Of a stretch of 64,000 nt of DNA, positions 39,160 to 51,950 are shown piece by piece; position 1 is the stretch's first letter; each line of letters opens with the position of its first letter. Source of the DNA: Mobula hypostoma (taxonomy: Eukaryota). The notes under the pieces are model-generated. The model was not told the DNA's origin. It saw only the letters and a program-made list of their open reading frames with translations, and made no database searches. Location: positions 207,950,001 to 208,014,000 of the forward strand of contig NC_086097.1 in the NCBI RefSeq assembly GCF_963921235.1, given 5' to 3'. The position numbers were made by a program, and so were the translations under genes.

Positions 39160-40744
39160 TAGTGACACGGTGGGCTTCACAGCTCTACAGTTGAGAAGAC
39201 AGCTGAAACGTCTCAACCCAAGCAAGGCTGCAGGACCGGATGGTGTCAGTACCAGGGTGCTCAAAGCCTCTGCCCCTCAGCTATGTGGAGTACTTCGCCA
39301 TGTATTCAACTTGAGCCTGAGGCTCCGGAGGGTTCCTGTACCGTGGAAGACATCCTGCCTCGTCCCTGTGCCGAAGATGCCACGCCCCAGCGGCTTCAAT
39401 GACTACAGACCGGTGGCATTGACCTCCCACGTCATGAAGACCCTGGAGAGACTTGTTCTGGAGCTGCTCCGGCCTATGGTCAGGCCACACTTAGATCCCC
39501 TCCAGTTCTCCTACCAGCCCCGACTAAGAGTTGAGGATGCCATCGTTTTCCTGCTGAACCGTGTCTACGCCCACCTGGACAAGCCAGCGAGCACTGTGAG
39601 GGTCATGTTTTTTGACTTCTCCAGTGCGTTCAACATCATCCACCCTGCTCTGCTGGGGGAGAAGCTCACAGTGATGCAGGTGGATGCTTCCCTGGTATCA
39701 TGGATTCTTGATTACCTGAATCGGACCACAGTACATGCGCTTGCAACACTGTGTGTCCGACAGAGAGATCAGCAGTGATCAGCAGCACTGGGGCTCCACA
39801 GGGGACTGTCTTGTCTCCCTTTCTCTTCACCATTTACACCTCGGACTTCAACTACTGCACAGAGTCTTGTCATCTTCAGAAGTTTTCGGATGACTCTGCC
39901 ATAGTTGGATGCGTCAGCAAGGGAGAGGAGGTTGAGTACAGGGCTATGGTAGGAAACTTCGTCACATGGTGTGAGCAGAATTATCTGCAGCTTAATGTGA
40001 AAAAGACTAAGGAGCTGGCGGTAGACCTGAGGAGAGCTAAGGTACCGGTGACCCCTGTTTCCATCCAGGGGGTCAGTGTGGACATGGTGGAGGATTACAA
40101 GTACCTGGGGATACGAATTGACAATAAACTGGACTGGTCAAAGAACACTGAGGCTGTCTACAAGAAGGGTCAGAGCCGTCTCTATTTCCTGAGGAGACTG
40201 AAGTCCTTTAACGTCTGCCGGACAATGCTGAGGATGTTCTACGAGTCTGTGGTGGCCAGTGCGATCATGTTTGCTGTTGTGTGCTGGGGCAGCAGGCTGA
40301 GGGTGGCAGACACCAACAGAATCAACAAACTCATTCGTAAGGCCAGTGATGTTGTGGGGATGGAACTGGACTCTCTGATGGTGGTGTCTGAAAAGAGGAT
40401 GCTGTCCAAGTTGCATGCCATCATGGACAATGTCTCCCATCCACTACATAATGTACTGGTTGGGCACAGGAGTACATTCAGCCAGAGACTCATTCCACCG
40501 AGATGCAGCACAGAGCGTCATAGGAAGTCATTCCTGCCTGTGGCCATCAAACTTTACAACTCCTCCCTTGGAGGGTCAGACATCCTGAGCCAATAGGCTG
40601 GTCCTGGTCTTATTTCATATTTTACTGGCATAATTTACATATTACTATTTAACTATTTATGGTTCTACTACTATTTATTATTTACGGAGCAACTGTAAGG
40701 AAAACCAATTTCCCCCAGGATTAATAAAGTATGACTATGACTAT
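39160..40744 (+). mobile_element. Young 5'-truncated Rex1/Babar-clade LINE (RT) inserted in CR1 ORF1
   Basis: ORFs 39143-39778 and 39751-40596: KAAGPDG, NDYRPVALTSHVMK, LDPLQF, FDFSSAFN, GAPQGTVLSP, KFSDD. 3' AATAAA followed by an (atgact)n tail. Confidence 0.9.
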
Positions 40745-41971
40745 AGATTCCATAACTAGAGGGGCAGACCACAGATTCTGTGGACATGAAAGATACACCC
40801 AAATGTCACGTTGCCAACAAGGAACCAGGGCCAGGATCAGATCCACAGCATTCTAAAAGAGAGAGGATGAACAGCCAGAAGCCGTGGCACATATTGGTAC
40901 CAACAACACAAGTAGGGAAAGGGAAAAAATCCTGAAGAAAGAACATAGGGAATTAGGTAGAAAGCTGAAAAGTATGACCTCCAGGTAGTCATCTCTGGAT
41001 TGAGCCTGTGGAATGAGCCAGTGAGGGTAAGAACAGAATGATTTGGTAGATGAATACAGGGCTGAGGAATTGGTGCACAGGGCAGGGTTTTAGACTCCTG
41101 GATCCCTATAATCTCTTCTAGGAAAGATATGACCTGTACAAAAAGGACAAGTTACACTTGAACCTAAGGGGCACCAATATCCTTGTGGGTATGTTTCCTG
41201 GAGCTGTTGGGGAGGGTTTGAACTAATTAGGCAGGGGGATGGGAACCAGAGTGATAGGGTAGAGAATGGGGCAGTTGGTATACAACTAGATGCAGTGTGT
41301 TGTGAGACTGTGAGGAAGGACAGGCAGGTGATAGGGCAAAACTGAAATCAGTGGGATGAGTTAAGGTAGAGCCAAAAATCAAAAAGGGTAACGAATAAGC
41401 GACTGATGGCATTATACCTGAATGCACGCAGTGTACGGAATAACTTCTATGATCTTGTAGCGCAGTTAGAGATTGGTAGGTATGATGTAGGTATCGCTGG
41501 GTCATGGCTGAAAGAAGATCATAACTGAGAGCTTAGCATCCAAGGTTACATATTGTATCAAAAGGATAGGCAGGTAGGCAGAAGTGGGTGAGGAGGCTCC
41601 ATTGCTTAAGAAAAATTAAATCAAATCCTCAGAAGGAGATGACATAGCATCAGAAAATGTAGAATCCTTATTGGCAGAGTTAAGAAACAGCCAGGGTAAA
41701 AAAAAGCCTGATGGAAGTTATGTACAGCCCTCCAAACAGTAGCCAGGATGTGGGCTATTAATTGCAACTCAAGATAGAAAAGACATGAAAATGGGCAATG
41801 TTGCGATGGTCAAGGGGATTTCAATATGCAGTACATTTGGAAAAATCAGATTGGTGCTGGATCCCAAGAGAGGGAATTTGTAGAATTCCCATGAGATGGC
41901 TTTTTCAGAGCAGCATATGGTTGAGCCCACTAGGGGAAATGACAATTCTGGATTGGGTGTTGTGTAATGAC

Positions 41972-42322
41972 CCAGGGCATGCCCTTTTCTCATGGTTACC
42001 ATCACGTAGGAGATACAGAAGCCTGAAGGCACACACTCAGCGATTCAGGAACAGCTTCTTCCCCTCTGCCATCTGATTCCTAAATGGGCACTGAAGCTTT
42101 GGACACTACCTCACTTTTTTAAACATACATTATTTCAGTTTTTGCACATTTAAAAAAAAATCTATCAATTACGTAAATTGAATTTACTTGTTTATTTATT
42201 ATTAGGTTTTATTTTATTTATAATTTTTTCCTCTCTCTGCTAGATTATGTATTGCATTGAACTGCTGCTACTAAATTAACAAATTTCACGTCACATACCT
42301 GTGATAATAAATCTGATTCTGA
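41972..42322 (+). mobile_element. Rex1-type LINE 3' fragment nested in CR1
   Basis: LFSWLPSRRRYRSLKAHTQRFRNSFFPSAI followed by an AT-rich UTR, aataaa and a (tctgat)n tail. CR1 resumes afterwards. Confidence 0.8.
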
Positions 42323-43618
42323 TTAGGGAGCTTAAGATAAAGGAACTCTTGGGAGACAGTGATCATTGCATGATCGATTTCACCCTGCAATTTGAGAGGG
42401 AGAAGATAAAGTAAAACGTATCAGTATTACAGTGGAGTCAAGGGAATTACAGAAGCATGAGAGAGGAGGTGGCCAAAGTTGATTGGAAGAGGACGCTATC
42501 AGGGATGACAGCAGAACAGCAATGGCTGGAGTTTCTGTGAGCAATTCAGAAGGCGCAGGAGAGATGCATCCCAAAGATGAAGTATTCTAAAGGGAGGATG
42601 AGGCAACTGTGGCTGACAAGGGAAGTCGAGGATTGCACAACAGCAAAGGAGCGGGCATTTAATGTAGCAGAAATTAGTGGGAAGGTAGAAGATTGTGAAG
42701 TATTTACGAAACAAAAAAAAATCAAGAGAGGAAAGATGAAATATTAAGGTAAATTAGCCATTATCATAAAAGAGATTACAAACTGTTTCTTCAGATATAT
42801 AGTCTAGAGTTAAAAAGAGATGAGAGTGGATATCATGATGCTGCAGGGGTAATAATGGGGTAAAAGAAAAAACAGATGAACTTAAGTATTTTGTATCAGT
42901 CTTCATAGTGGGAGACACTAGCAGAATGCCAGAAGTTCGAGAGTGTCAGGAGGAGGAAATGTGCATAGTTGGAGTATGTGCTTGGGAAGCTGAAAAGTCT
43001 GAAGGTGGATAAGTTACCTGGACCAGATGAACTCCACCTCAGGGTTCAGAAAGAGGCAGCTGAAGAGATTGTGAAGATATTAGTAATGATCCTTCACGAA
43101 TCACTAGATTCCTGAATGGTTCGGAAGGACTGGAAAATGGCAAATTCACTCTACTCTTTAAGAAGGGAAGGAGGCAGAAGAAAGGAAATTATAGGGTGTT
43201 AGCCTGACTTCAGTAATTGAAAAGACAGTGGAGTCTATTATTAAAGGATGAAGTTCTGGGGTACTTGGAGGCACAAGACAAAATAGGCCAAGGTCAGCAT
43301 GATTTCCTTGAGGGGACATCTTGTCTGACAAATCTGTTGGAATTCTTTGAGGAAATAATGGCAGGATTTACAAAGGAGAGTCAAAGAAGATTGTTTACCT
43401 GGGTTTTCAGAATGCTTTTGACAAGGTGCTGTAAATGACACTGCTTAAAAGGATAAGAGCCCATGGTATTACAGTAAAGATACTAGCGTGGATAGAAGAC
43501 CGGCTGACAGGCAGGAAGCAAAGAGTGGGAATAAAGAAGGCCTTGCCTGGTTGGCTGCTGGTGACCAGTGGTATTCCACAAGGGTCTATGCTGGGACCGT
43601 TTCTTTTCACGTTATATG

Positions 43619-44447
43619 TGTAATGCCCTGGTGAAGATTTCGACTGCTATGCTGTAGGTATTTCATTTTTGCAGTAAAAGCAGCATGTTCTGCTGGCTGA
43701 ATATTTTGGTTTTGGCTGAAGATAAGAAGACCTACTGTTCAACTTAGGAATGTTGTGTCAGCCAATCAGGATGGTGGGATCTGGAGAAAGTTCTAGAGAG
43801 AGCGGGCAAAGAGAGTTTTGTGACAGACAGCAGTCTGGTTTGGGGTCTGTTGGTGGGAGCAGCGAAGTGGGATAGAAAGTTAAGATGCAGCAGAATGCTG
43901 TTGGAAGGAGAGTCCCTGTTGCAAGAAATGCAAATGAACGGCTCAAAGGAGGAAAGGCAATACTCCTGAAAGAGAGCCAGTTTGCTCGAGATGGTCTTCA
44001 AGGGAAGTTTGAAAATGTGGTGGGTGCTTTCACGCAGACTGTGGGTCCAGCGTGTGATTAAGAGATACACCCCTGAATACCCAGTTTTGGAAGAGATGAG
44101 TTTCAATGGTTACATGCACATTGGACTGGTTTAAATGTAATAGGCCCGTTTTTATTTTATTTTTCCTAGTAACTGTTTGATAAAGTTGAAATTAGTAAAT
44201 ATACTTCTTTATAATTTTATGCGGAGTACGACCTGTTATTTCTTGCCAACCGTTAATTATATATGGGCAGCATTTACAAAGCATTCACTCAAATTGAGGT
44301 TTCTTTAATAATCGGAACACAATGACATTCCTGTTTGGTTGAACCACAAATCATAATGATCCTAGACACCTATTCTTTATGAAACGTCTCCTTATCACTG
44401 CAGAGTCATGTGGGGGTTAGCAGAGTAGTTAACGAGCCAAGTTTGCA
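43619..44447. mobile_element. Solo LTR nested in the CR1 RT region
   Basis: Starts TGTAA and ends CA; interrupts the CR1 LFTLY|VND sequence. Flanks tatg / taca are compatible with a CpG-decayed TACG TSD. Internal CCAAT box. Confidence 0.7.
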
Positions 44448-45367
44448 TACATCAATGATTTTGATGAATGAATGATAGCCTTGTGGCCAAGTTTGCAGAT
44501 GATACAAAGATAAGTGGAAGGGCAGGTAGTGCTAAGGAGGCAGGGAGTCTGCAGAAGGACTTAAACAGAGAATGGGCAAAGAAGTGGCAAATGGAATATG
44601 GTGCAGGAAAGTGCATAGTCATGCGCTTTGATAGAAGGAATAAGGGCAAAGACTATTTTCTAAATGGGGAGAAAATTCCAAAAATCTGATGTGCAAAGGA
44701 AGTCTTGTGCAGGATTCCCTAAAGATTAACCTACAGGTTGAGTCAGTGGTAAGAAAGGCAAATACAATGTTAGCACTCAGCTCAAGAGGACTAGTATACA
44801 TTAGTAAGGATGCAATGCTGAGACTTTATAAGGCATTGGTCAGACCGCACTTGGGGCATTGAGAGCAGATTTGGGCCACTTCTCAAAGAAAAGATGAACT
44901 GGTATTGAAGAAGATCCAGAGGAGGATCAAGAGAATGGTCCCAAGGATGAAAGTGGGTAGCAGAGGAGTGTTTGATGACTCAGGGCTGGAGTTTAGAGGA
45001 ATGATGGGGGAGCTCATTGAAACCTATCGAATATTGAAAGGCCTAGACTAAGTGGACATGGAGAAGATGTTTCCTATAGTGGAGGAGTCTAGACACAGCC
45101 TCAGAATAGAGGGACATCTATTTAGAACAGAAATCAGGAAAAAAAATATTTAGCCCAGAGTGTGGGGAATCTGTGAAATGCACCACAACAGACAGCTGTG
45201 CAGGACAGCTCATTGGGTATATTTAAGATGGATGATGACAAGTTCTTGATTAATCAGGGTGTCAAAGGTTGCAAGAAGAAGGCAGGAGAATGAGTTTGAC
45301 CGGGATAATGAATCAGCCATGATGTAATGATGGAGCAAATTCAAAAGGCCAAATGGCCTAATTCTTC

Positions 45368-45538
45368 ATCAGGACTAACTGAAAGAAGAGACACTTCTTC
45401 TTTTAGTTAGCTCTGACAAAGGGTCCCAGCCCGAAACGTCCACTGTACCTCTTCCTATAGATGCTGCCTGGCCTGCTGTGTTCACCAGCATTTTTTGTGT
45501 GTGTTGCTTGAATTTCTAGCATCTGCAGATTTCCTCGT
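45368..45538 (+). mobile_element. Miniature Penelope-like insertion (terminal repeat only, decayed hammerhead)
   Basis: Similar to 34000-34135; short inverted 5' part; TSD aatggcctaattcttc (45352-67 / 45539-54). Confidence 0.8.
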
Positions 45539-46059
45539 AATGGCCTAATTCTTCTCATTTGGCTTATGGAAATGCAAGCTTCCCAGAATGTATGCCAGAA
45601 ACAAGATTTTCAAAAAGATAAAATTTCTATCTTTAAGAATGTGAACAATCCTCCAAGCAAATGGCGCTTGCTTTTATGATTTAAAACAGGAAGCTGCTGA
45701 TGCTCTAACTTTTGCATAAGAACACTGCCAATCATTTATCCAAATATTTTTTGTTCTTCAAGCCAACACTATACAAATGGTTTAAAAATAATTATATGTA
45801 TTGAAGCCTCCTCTCCTCCTGATTTTTCCTAATTATCACAGAGTTCAGAATCATGTCCTTTCAATTTACCAAACAGTAAAAATAAATGTTCAATGAAACT
45901 CATTTATATTATTTAATTTGTTACTATTATGGTAGCTTTTCTACGACTTCAATGGTATACAGATTTATGGAGAGTGAAGCAGCTAGAGGAACCTGGATGT
46001 CATAGGAAGGAAGGAAGGAAATTGTCTTTTAAACACACGAGAGAGCATAGGCCATCAAC

Positions 46060-46216
46060 TTTTTGCTGTTGATGCTTCTGTAGCAGGCAATTTCTTTTTT
46101 TACGAGGTCGAGTTGCTAGCTCATGGATGGAAAGCGTGATTGGGGAGCCAGCTGGGTTCGAACTTGGGAGCCTTCACTCCGAAGTCCGGCGCTGATGCCA
46201 CTACACCACCAACTGG
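46060..46216 (-). mobile_element. tRNA-derived SINE
   Basis: Minus-strand A box tggtgtagtgg and B box gttcgaacc, followed by a short body and an A-rich stretch. Confidence 0.7.
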
Positions 46217-46542
46217 ATGTCATGGTGCAACCAAATTTAGTAGCATAACCATTACCACCATAATGTCATTAGCATTGGGGAAGTGTTAAGGGCCACATCC
46301 AGGGATGGCTGCCAGATAACCAGGATCATTGGACAGCTAATGATCTCTGGAATGGGGGTTATTTCTGAAGCACTGTTCCCTCTAAGCTGTGCGGTCGCAC
46401 AGTAACAGAAATCCTCCCGCACACATAACTTTTGTTGCTGTGCAGTTGAAATTTTCTTTTATATAAAGTTTTATTAAAATGCAGCATAGTTTTCAGACTG
46501 TTTAAAAATTCCTGCTCAGAGCAATGGTTAGTCCACATAATT

Positions 46543-46985
46543 AGAAACATAGAAAACCTACAGCATAATACAGGCCCTTCGACCCACAAAGCTGTGCCGA
46601 ACATGTCCTTACCTTAGAGCTACCTAGGCTTACCCATAGCCCTCTATTTTTCTAAGCTCCATGTATCCATCTAGAAGTCTCTTAAAAGACTCTATTGTTT
46701 CTGTCTCCACCACCACTGCCAGCAGCCTATTCTATGTACTCACCGCTCTCTGCATAAAAAAACTTACCCCAGACATCTCCTCTGTACCTACTTCCAAACA
46801 CCTTAAAACTATGCCCTCTCATGCTAGCCACTTCAGCCCTGGGGAAAAGCCTCTGACTATCCACATGATCAATGCCTCTCATTATCTTGTACGCCTATCA
46901 GGTCACCTCTCATCCTCCGTCGCTCCAAGGAGAAAAGGCCGAGTTCACTCAACCTATTCTCATAAGGAATGCTCCCCAATCCAGG
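46543..46985 (-). mobile_element. CR1 3' fragment (same subfamily as 55835-56460)
   Basis: Shares agaaacatagaaaacctacagca... and closely similar sequence with 55835-56280. Confidence 0.85.
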
Positions 46986-47985
46986 GAGAATTAAGGAGAA
47001 CAAGCTTCTGTGCCCAATTTATCTTAAATGGAACAAACTTAAACATCTGAGCCAGATAACAAATCCAGCATTTCCTCAAACTGACTGCTGTAGTAAGTCA
47101 CCTTCATAAATTTATTCTAATAACAGACAGCTTTTGTGGAAAAAGTAAACAGATCAACTTGACATATGGATTACAAGTGTAAATTGGCTTGCCCGTCCTC
47201 TCTGAACTTGCTAGGTATCTCCATTGTTCTGCTTTCATTCTGTACTACAGATTGAATTCATCTGTTGCCGAAGTACTGAACATCACCTGTTATTTTTAAT
47301 CATTTACAGTGCAGTTGATAAAACTGAAGAGATTTCATTTATGTTTTGTTTGATTTATAGATTTACAAATTTATTACTGGTGGAGCAGCTGGATTCATCC
47401 TCCTCCTGTGGGAATCATTTTGCATTCATTGACTGGATCGTTTACTAATTCTGTTTCCACTTTCTTAGGAAAGATTGGCTTCTGGAAAACCGGCTAAAAA
47501 TTAATTGCCAAGGTGCACCAAGTTAATTTGCCTGGCTTGTCTAATGACTCAATTTGACATGTTTCAAGCCAATAATTTATTTAAAAAACATCCAAGCATT
47601 TCTCATGTCTGTCCACAGTAGAAGATATAGAAACTGCAGGTGAAGATGGGTTTCCAATTACTAACTTCAAACTAGGATAAGCTGTTTTGGGAGACCTGCT
47701 GGGTTTTCCAAACTGATCTGCACAACACTGCACAAACATCAAACATAAAAGAATTTTCAAGAAGATCAAGCCCATACAGTTTGTGTTGATTATTCAAGTC
47801 ATACAAGTGGGTACACTGGAGTCATGCAAGAAGTTTATCTAACACAAAGCCTTCCTATACTGGAGATAAAATAACTTCAGCAATGCAAAACTATGAACAA
47901 GGAAAAAAAGATCAACTCACAAGTTCTCTAATCTAATATTTGGGAGCAACTTCTCCACAGAAATGGTATAATTCTTCTTACTCAC

Positions 47986-48099
47986 CATATGAACAGTAAA
48001 TAGGTCCTGTCGATTTAACATCGGTAGGAAGTAGGACCAGGCAGTGTTCTTAGTTTTTTTGGCGTAATCAAAGAAAATGTTGACTCGTTGATGGTTTTC
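47986..48099 (-). CDS. ATP6V1H: ATP6V1H internal coding exon (114 nt): ENHQRVNIFFDYAKKTKNTAWSYFLPMLNRQDLFTVHM
   Basis: Matches subunit H; acceptor actttaaacag, donor gtgagt. Confidence 0.97.
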
Positions 48100-48339
48100 C
48101 TGTTTAAAGTGAGCACTATACCATTAATGCCATGAAACATTTACTTTCAAAGTGAAAATGTTTTATATATTCTGTATATTTTGTTTAAACTGTTGACAAA
48201 AAACACACTCAGCATACATTTCAATAAGTTAGTGACTTACACTATTTGAAATTGGTAAGAAGATATACATTATGTTACCAAAGTCCATCGCAGCAGAACC
48301 TCACATTTTCTCACAGATACCAAATATCTAGACTGACAA

Positions 48340-49450
48340 CAGCGACACAAGTGACTATAGATGCTGGACCTACAGCAACAACCTGCTAATGGAATTTAAC
48401 AGGCCAAGCAGCATCTATAGGGCAGGGGAGGAATTACTGAAGTTTTAGAGTGAAACCCAGCATCAGGACTAAGAGTGGAGATGGGAGGTAAGCAGTGTAA
48501 AAAGAGGGGAAGTGGTGAAATGGGTAAAAAGGGATGTGTACCTCTTCTAACTTTGTCTAGTGCATTCAGTGCTCTCAACGTGCTCTCCTCTTGCATCAGC
48601 AGGACAAAGTGCAGACTGGGCAACCAATTCACAGAGTGCCTACGCTCTGCCCACAATAGCCATCCCGAGCTCCTAGCTGTGTGCTAATTGAATTCCCCTT
48701 CCCATTTTCACACCAATCTGCTCATCTCTGGCCTTCACCACCAAAGTGAGGCCCAATACAAACTAGAGGAACAATATCTTATATTCTGCCTGGGTAGTTA
48801 ACGATATGAACACTGATGTGTCTCATTTCAGCTAATCCCCCACCTCTGGTTCTACCACACCACCACCCCATCTCTCTCTTACCTCACCTCCTCCAGTCTC
48901 CCTATTTTCGTTTCTTTTTCCCCAAACTCCAGGTCAAGGACATGACCCTTTTTGTCCCCTTTTCCCTCCCAGTTCCATCCACCTATTATCCACACGTTTC
49001 ACACACCAGTTCTCCCATGTTTATTCCAGCTTGCATCTGCTATCATCCCTCTCCTAATGTTTTCCATTATCATCTTCCTTTGCAGCACAAATAGCCTTTG
49101 TATTCCTGCTTATCACACTCCAGCAGCCATCTGCACCTTCAACTTTCCATCCCCTCTCCTGGTTCTATTGTCCTTTTGTTTTGCTTGCCTCCACCTATCA
49201 GCCACCTACCTGTTTGCCAACTGACCCATCATCCTACATCTGCCAGTCATTCTTCATGATCAGGATGCCAATCACCTCTGGCCTCCGTCAGACCACTCCC
49301 TCTATGCTCCATATACTTACCATCGTCCTGCTGCACTAGTCCCTATCAGAGTGGGGACGAGGAATTATCAAAACTTTGACAATCCCTCAAGTTGCCCACC
49401 CACCAAAATGCTGCTCAACCTGTTGGATTTAATCTGGATTATCTGTTGAT
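48340..49450 (+). mobile_element. Old Penelope-like remnant (GIY-YIG fragment with inverted terminal repeat)
   Basis: TKCRLGNQFTECLRSA aligns with the GIY-YIG end of the 32008-34139 element. 48340-48500 resembles the reversed terminal repeat. Confidence 0.6.
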
Positions 49451-49559
49451 GTAAACTGACAATGCATCTTGAGTATCATTTTTGTAGTATCAAGTTTTAA
49501 GTTTTTTTTTAAATGTGAAGTGACAGTGTTACAGGAGGGTCAGCAGAGCATCCAGAAAT

Positions 49560-50760
49560 AAGTGATGGAGCACAAGAAAGCCGGTAGTTTAACTGCATTT
49601 ACTCTACCGCAGGTAGGAGAACTGAGAATGGGGGATTATGATATTGTGGCAGGAAACACGGCTGAGAGAATGGCAGCTCAGTGTTTTGAGTACATTTTTT
49701 CAGCAGTGACGTAGGGATGGGGTTCAAATGCAGAGTTCCTGTAGCACTGCTTGACGAGGGAGGGCATTACAGAATCAGCTATTATCACTGACGCACGATG
49801 TGAAATTAGTTGTTTTGATTACAGGAGTAAATCAGGAGGAAATCCTGGAGGGATTGGCAAATGACACTATAAAGATAAAACTTAGAAATAAGAAAGGAAC
49901 AAATCATTCTAATGGAATTGTACCATAGGACTCCAAATTGTTAGCAGAATTCGGAAGAAAAAAATGCATAAACAAGTAGCAGCAGGATATTAAAGTAGCA
50001 GAGATGTAGTAACAGGCAACGTGAACTTCCCCAGTATTGACTCGTGATGTCTTAATGCGAGAGGCCAGATAGAGTGGAATTTGTTAAAGGCATTCTGGGA
50101 AGGTTTTAAAAGCAGAAAGTAGAGATTCCAATGCCAGGGTGGGGGAGGGGGGCACGAGTTCAACCATAATGCTGAGGCTAAATTATGTTTTTCCCATATT
50201 CCAGAAGGGAAGTAGGGAAATCCAAGGAAAGGAGCTTTATTCCAGTAGTAGGGCAACTACTGTGGGGGAAAAAAAAACTGAAGGATGAGATTCACTTAGA
50301 AATGCAAGAGCCTATCTGAGAGACTCAACATGATTTTGTATGTGTGAAATCCTGCCTCAAATCCAACTGACTTTCTTTTTGAGGAAGCTACCAAGAAGAT
50401 TATGAAGACAAAGCAACAGCAGTGGTATACATGAACTTTTGAATTCATCCCACACAGTAGTCTGGTACAGAGTGTTCAGGAAAGCTGTTTCAGCAAACAG
50501 GATCCAAAACTCCCTTAGAGCTTAGGAGGCAGAATATGACAGCAGAGTTGCTTCTCTGACTGCAAGTCTATGGCCAATGCTGTACCACAGGAATCTGCTG
50601 GGGTTCTTGTTTGCCATGAGACTGGATGAAAATGCCTGCGTTCTGATGGACAAGTTGGCTAATGCCACGGAAATGGTGGATTTATAGATAGAGAGGACAG
50701 CTGCCCAAGAATACAGAAGCATCAGATGGAAAGTTTGCCACAGCAGTGGTAGATGGAAGC
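49560..50760 (+). mobile_element. Highly degenerate CR1 ORF2 remnants
   Basis: Decayed APE/RT-like pieces (YDIVAG, GNVNFPSID, HDFVCVKSCL). Confidence 0.5.
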
Positions 50761-50869
50761 TTAATTATCATTCAACTCCTTTAATACCCTAAAACCTGCC
50801 CATCACATCAATGACCATACTCAAGGAATGAGCATCCACAAGTTACCGAAACTATAACTTATGAATATC

Positions 50870-51950
50870 TTCTTCTCTGATTTCCAGCTGGGTACAGGTA
50901 TCGATTTTACCTTATGTTTCAATGACACAGTCTGCTATCTTCATCAGGAATGATGCCTAGTCACATCTAGTCTAGTGGTATATACCCATCATCCATCCCT
51001 CTTGACTGGTTAGTTCTCATCCAATCAGGTTTCCGCTCTCCCATCTTGTTTACAATCGAAGTCCAGATTTTTTCTTAGAGTGAGATCTTCGTCTTTGTTA
51101 AAATTCTTTTTCTCTAGTTTTATTTCAATGGCTTCCTTCACCAGGCAGTCCCAAAAGCCACTGGCGTGGCACAGTAGTTTTGTGTCGAAGTCAATCGTAT
51201 GACCACTGCAAATGCAATGCTCTGCTACCATCGATTTCTCTAGGACGGTAACCCAAACGGATACATCTCCTATGCTCCTAGATGCGGGTTTGCACTGTGC
51301 ATCCCATATGGCCGATATACGTTGCTCTGCATTCACAGGGAATCCTATAAATGTCAACCATCCTGAGTCCCAGGTCATCTTTGACCCGCATAAGCTGTGA
51401 TTTGAGCTTTCTTATCGGTTTGTGGATAGTATTGATCCAATATTTCTTCAGGATCCCAGCAATCGTTCCAGAAACCATAGAAATATAGGGAAGACAGACC
51501 ATAGTGACAGGTTCCTCCTCATTGTTCGGTTTCCTGGTTTTTCTGTTGGCCCTTTTAATTTGATTTCCTTCACCACCTAACCATTCTGTAGGAGTGCTAT
51601 GCATAATCGCCTTGTTTCCTCGTGGAAACTCTCCACATCCGAAATAGTATAAATTTTAGAGGCAAAAGAATTTTAACAAAGACGAAGGTCTCGCTCTAAA
51701 TAAGAACTGGAATTCAATTGTAAACAAGATGGCACTGCAGAAACCTGACTGGATGAGGACTAACCAATCAGGAGGGACGGATGGATAACAGGGATATATA
51801 TACCACTGAATTACACAGGCCAGGCATCATTCCTAATGAAGATGGCAGAGTGTGTCATCAAAACCTCAGTTTTAATCAATACCTGTACCTGGCTGGAAGC
51901 CAGAGAAGAGTTTATTTGTCAAACACACTGGGAAAGCACTAGATCCTTTC
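50870..51950 (-). mobile_element. Second Penelope-like family (GIY-YIG fragment) with inverted pseudo-LTRs
   Basis: Minus-strand IYRIPCECRATYIG..., EKSMVAEHC...VKEAIEIK...FNKDE. About 50872-51125 is inverted relative to ~51645-51910. Hammerhead-like cores at ~50912-50950 (-) and ~51830-51870 (+). Confidence 0.8.

Larger units (their letters stand above)
38560..45570 (+). mobile_element. Near full-length, degenerate CR1 LINE (ORF1 esterase, ORF2 APE-RT, 3' UTR) hosting four nested insertions
   Basis: ORF1 remnants (KLQEAGTWVTIRR; DSITRG at ~40746; HIGTNN), APE remnants ~41410-41970, RT remnants 43000-45350 (SCLTNLLEFFEE, GIPQGSMLGP, KFADDTK). Collinear with the CR1 at 60337-64000. Confidence 0.85.

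Noticed and set aside
46150..46216. tRNA gene
   Set aside because: A and B boxes are present, but there is no convincing full cloverleaf and it continues into a SINE body.
47581..47775. Short ORF with a signal-peptide-like start (MGLIFLKILLCLMFVQCCA)
   Set aside because: No homology I recognise and no supporting gene structure; compatible with chance.
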